Of a stretch of 64,000 nt of DNA, positions 1 through 64,000 are shown piece after piece. Made by a program: the position numbers and the translations under genes. Source of the stretch: the human T2T-CHM13v2.0 reference genome, Homo sapiens; the NCBI RefSeq assembly GCF_009914755.1, contig NC_060943.1, one strand, 5' to 3'. The notes beneath the pieces are model-generated. The model worked only from the letters and a program-made list of their open reading frames with translations. It was not told the DNA's origin and made no database searches. The number at the start of each line of letters is the position of its first letter. The stretch's first letter is position 1.

Positions 1-172
1 TGGGCTAAGGACATAAATAGATAGTTGTTGAAAGAATATATACAAATGGCTAATGAACATATGAAAAAAATGTTCAACATCACTAATGACCAGGGAAATC
101 AAAACCATAAGGTGATACCACCTTACTTCTGCAAGAATTGCCACAATCAAAACATCAAAAAATAACAGATGT
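1..172 (+). mobile_element. L1 (L1PB-like) ORF2 3' fragment
   Basis: Resembles L1 ORF2 C-terminal DNA (atacaaatggc..aacatatgaaaaaatgttcaacatcactaat..gataccaccttact). Confidence 0.7.
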
Positions 173-180
173 GTGACTCT

Positions 181-1847
181 GGGGGCCAAGATGGTCGACT
201 ATAAGCAGCAGCGCTCAGAGGCTCACATTGAAAAAAACTGTAATAAGTGTGTGATCCTTCCTGGCAACCAAAATGTCCAGGTTCCCTCATCAAAATTGAC
301 TAGAAGGCTGGCAGTGACCCACGGAGAGAAGGAAGAGCAGTGTGGTGTGGTGGCCCACCTGAGAGACACACGGGGAAGGGGAACCCCCTCCTTCCAGCCA
401 AGGGAGGTGGTGAGTGAGCGGGCTACCCAAGAGGGGGAAACTGTGCTTTTTCCACGGAACTGTGCAACTCACAGATTGGAAGATCTCACTCGCGAACCCA
501 TGCCACTGGGACCTAGTGTCCCAACCCCAGAACACGCAGATTCTTACAGCTGGAATCTGCCTAAGCCTACGGAACTCCCCGGGGGAGGGGCGACCAGCAC
601 TGGCTGCGGCTGCCTGCTAAGTCTTTTTTGTTCCTTGGGGAAGGGGCGACAGCCAGCACTGGACTCACAACTGCCTAACACGCTAAGCTCCCTGGGCGGG
701 GGAAGGGCGGCACCCCTTTCAATAGCTCCAGGCTGTGCTTTTCCCCTGCTAGAGCCGGGTAGGCTGGACGGCTTGGTCCCAAGACTTGTCCCCACAGCCC
801 AACACACCGGCTGTGGCAGTCTGCAGCCAGAGTGCCTCTTCAGGGCTAACCCTGACCCATCCTTCCTCAGTGGGCAGAGCTTCCTTGCAGGATCTCCAAA
901 GACTCCAGCCAGAGGCTCAGAGACAGAATTTGGACTCCCTGGGCTTGGGCCCCTAGTGGGAGGGATGGCTGTAGTCTCTGTGGACCAGCAGACTTAGCCT
1001 CTCCTCTGGTAGTTCTGAGGAATCCAAGCAGCCCAGACATGTGGTTTCCCCCCAGTGAAGAACCCCCTCTCCACCAGGGGACAAAGTGCTTCATTAAATG
1101 GGTCCTGCTCTCCATGCCAGTCAACTGGGCGAAACCCTCCAACAATAGTTGTCAGACACCCTACACAGGAGCGATCCTACTGGCATCAGGTTGGTGTCCC
1201 TCGAGGTCAGAGGTCCCAGAAGAAGCAGGCACCTATGTTCGCTGCTCTCCAAGCCTCCTTGAGTGACACCTCCAGACATGGGAGCGAATCAGATGAATAG
1301 GGCCTGAAGTGAACCCCTAGCAAACTGCAGCAGCCCTACAGAAGAGGGACCTGACTATTGAAAGAAAAACAAGCAGAAAGTGACAATAACATCATCATCA
1401 TCAACAACAACAACCAAAAGACCCCCATAAAAACCCCATCCAAGGATCAGCAGCCTCAAAGCCTGAAACTAAAACTCCTGAAGATGGGAAATAATCAACA
1501 AAAAAATGCTGAAAACCCAAAAGGCCAGAGTGCCTCTTTTCCTCCAAATGACCGCAACATCTCTCCATTAAGGGTGCAGAACTGGATGGAGGATCAGATG
1601 GATGAATTGACAGAAGTAGGCTTCAGAAGATGGGCAATAAAAAAGTACGATGAGCTAAAGGAGCATGTTCTAATGCAATGCAAAGCTAAGCACCTTGATG
1701 AAAGGTTAAAGGAATTGCTAACTAGAATAACCAGTTTAGAGAGGAACATAAACCAACCGATGGAGCTGAAAAACACAGCACAAAAACTTCGTGAAGCATA
1801 CATAAGTATCAACAGCCAAATCGACCAAGTGGAAGAAAGGATATCAG
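181..1847 (+). mobile_element. Older primate L1 (roughly L1PA11-16/L1PB type): 5' UTR plus N-terminal ORF1 (ATG 1484), 3'-truncated
   Basis: Starts gggggccaagatgg (L1 5' end with YY1-type core); ORF 1358-1873 contains MGNNQQKNAEN...ELTEVGFRRW...LLTRITSLERNIN..MELKN...IDQVEERIS, the ORF1p coiled-coil region. Confidence 0.9.
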
Positions 1848-2594
1848 CAATGACCAAGCTGAGCCTGAGCTGAGCCTTCTAGGAAAACCAAAGAGCCAAC
1901 TACACATCATCAAGGAACCTAACTCTCTTGAATTCTGTCCCATAATCCTGAGTCAGCTCCAATTGAATTGGTAGCGACTGAATTTTTTTTTTTGGTAACC
2001 ATTCTGAAGCTGTTTTGAACTGAGAGAAAATGAATGCTATTATCAATTGGTGATGTCTGCCATGAATGCTGCAATCAATTAATGATGTCTGTCATGGATG
2101 AGGGAGTGGAGCAGATGCCATATAGTTTTCCAGTGTAAACTCTGGCAGACACTAAAGTTGAACCAAGGCAGAAGAGGAAAGTTTCCATACATTATAAGAA
2201 AGCATACTTCATTCCTTCCTTCCCTGGGAAAATCCATATTTTCCTGTAGATCTAAATCTGTCGATCTACCATGTACAAGGTCCTGAAGCAGATACTAGGG
2301 AAGCACAAGGGAGTAAGACACAGTTGCTCCAATCAGCAGGTTTATGCACTATTGGGGTGACTGGATATAAACACAATGTTCAAAGCAGAGAAACTGTGTT
2401 TGCAATTGACTTAAAAAATATGCAATAGGACTTAAAGTGAGTGACAAAATAAAAGGTTCCCATGATTCTTCTGCCTATAATAATTCAAGATTTTTTTTAG
2501 AAATCATATTAAATAGTACTAGTTAAACACTGAGCATAGCACTTTGGTGCATATTCAGTAGCCAATAAGTTCATATATTATCCATTAACTTTGT

Positions 2595-2780
2595 TATCAC
2601 CACCACCATCATAATCATCACCATCCCTGTCACCATCATCATCATTATTGTCATAATCACCACCATCATTACCAACATCACCATCATCATCATTACCATC
2701 ATCACCACCACCATCACCATTGTCATCATGGTCATAATCACCATCATCATCATCATCATTGCCACCATCAGTATCATCAT
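2595..2780. repeat. Degenerate (CAT/CAC)n tract after U17
   Basis: Read directly. Confidence 0.95.
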
Positions 2781-3008
2781 AAAAATAGCTCTCTGAGAGG
2801 AGAGATTATTAATTGTTTCATGATCCATGCCATATCCCCAGGATTTGGCAGAGCCCCAGGGCTTGTCACAATGCTCAATAAAGTTTGTTGGTTGGCTCAT
2901 CATCACTAGATTTATAAAGAATTTCCATCTTTATTTGACTGAATAATGGAAGAGATGTTTACACTCATCAGCCATGCTCTAACAGAGGTGCCATTGGCTG
3001 GTACTTAT

Positions 3009-3073
3009 TCAAGGGACCAGTAGAAGGGGTGGATCCCCAGAGTTTCCCAGGTCCACTGTGGTAGTCCCAAGAG
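3009..3073 (-). pseudogene. Degenerate R5 exon of U17 (pseudoexon or candidate terminal exon)
   Basis: Acceptor tttctctgtag intact; 65 nt instead of 66; in-frame TGA at 3011-3009; donor GTAAGTAC changed to ATAAGTAC. Confidence 0.85.
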
Positions 3074-3333
3074 CTACAGAGAAACCCTCTTCAGGGGAAG
3101 CATCCAAGCCTCTCATGGCAGAAAGGTCAGCAAATAAAACTATTTACAGGCCTTGCTGCATATCGGGCCTGAGCTGGGTCTCTCTCTGGAGCTGGCCAGA
3201 AGGGAAAGGGAATAACTTGTGCCCTCCCAGCCCCTTCCTTTATGAAGAGGACATAGGGGCATAGGAAGACAGGACAGCTCCTGCCCTGCTTGGTGTATAA
3301 TTGGGGCTACTGGAGCATCGGTTGAATACTCAC

Positions 3334-63433
<60,100 letters not shown>

Positions 63434-64000
63434 CTGCAGATAGGGAGGAAAGAGTAAAGAAGGACAATTATGATGGGTGAGAGGTAGGGGAGGGGAAGAT
63501 GGTAGATCCAGAAATGGAAATAATGGGAAACTTTCATGATGAGCCCATCTGGGCTATCCCTCAGCCAGCCAGAGGGAGGGGAGGGGCTTCCACCTTCGAT
63601 GTGTGACTTCAGCTTGCAAGGGAACCTCCATCTCTCAGCCCAGAGTGGCCAAAGTTGAACAAGTCATGGACATTTCATTGAGAAGAGGTGGGGCCAAGAT
63701 CTTTTGTGAATAACGGATAATGGCTATATTTTATTTGGTACATATTTTGTGCTTTGTCCTTTGACAATAATGGTGGAAATCATCACTATTATTATTCCTG
63801 AAATAAAAATACCATAATAGCTGTCCCTATTTATTGGGAATCTAGTATGCACAAACAATAATAATAAATACATTACAAGGGTGGAAAGACACATGTATGG
63901 ATGAGTGTGCTTTCTACCCATAAAGATAATTTAGTTTGATTCTTACTCTCTCAGCTTACCTCCTTTCACAAAATTTCATGATAGTATAATTTTTTTCCAA

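Noticed and set aside
173-997. 274-aa ORF
   Set aside because: Lies in the GC-rich L1 5' UTR, has a non-ATG start and no recognisable domain
2040-2100. Imperfect ~27-bp direct repeat atcaatt..tgatgtctg.catg.atg in unassigned sequence
   Set aside because: Probably part of an old repeat I cannot name; no functional evidence
63600-63720. Possible decayed R3 remnant (ggggccaagatcttt resembles ggggcccagctcttt)
   Set aside because: Match too short to support without a profile alignment

Overview
Human (or very closely related ape) genomic DNA covering the tandem-repeat part of MUC16 (CA125, 19p13.2), transcribed on the minus strand. I can place 86 coding exons with canonical GT/AG ends (7,989 nt, one open frame). 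Two linker-type exons (63398-63433, 63095-63154) precede 17 genomic repeat units (U1 at ~58.7 kb to U17 at ~3.3 kb, mostly ~2.6-3.4 kb apart). Each unit has five exons, R1-R5 (125/68/173/36/66 nt = 156 aa: an SEA domain plus a Ser/Thr/Pro linker). The R5 of U17 (3009-3073) has lost its donor and carries a stop. Every R5-to-R1 intron holds a MIR-like tail, a degenerate (CAT/CAC)n tract and an L2 3' end. Unit-specific Alus, an L1PA3-like insertion, a 3'-truncated older L1, a MER47A-like element and AT-rich low-complexity DNA fill the rest. The gene is well known, so the best leads concern how the array could be processed: a candidate alternative last exon giving a TM-less CA125, repeated intronic poly(A) signals, phase-compatible combinatorial and back-splicing, inverted Alus bracketing whole units, gene-conversion tracts and a templated 210-bp insertion. 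Repeat subfamily calls and comparisons with published MUC16 sequences are from memory and need database confirmation.
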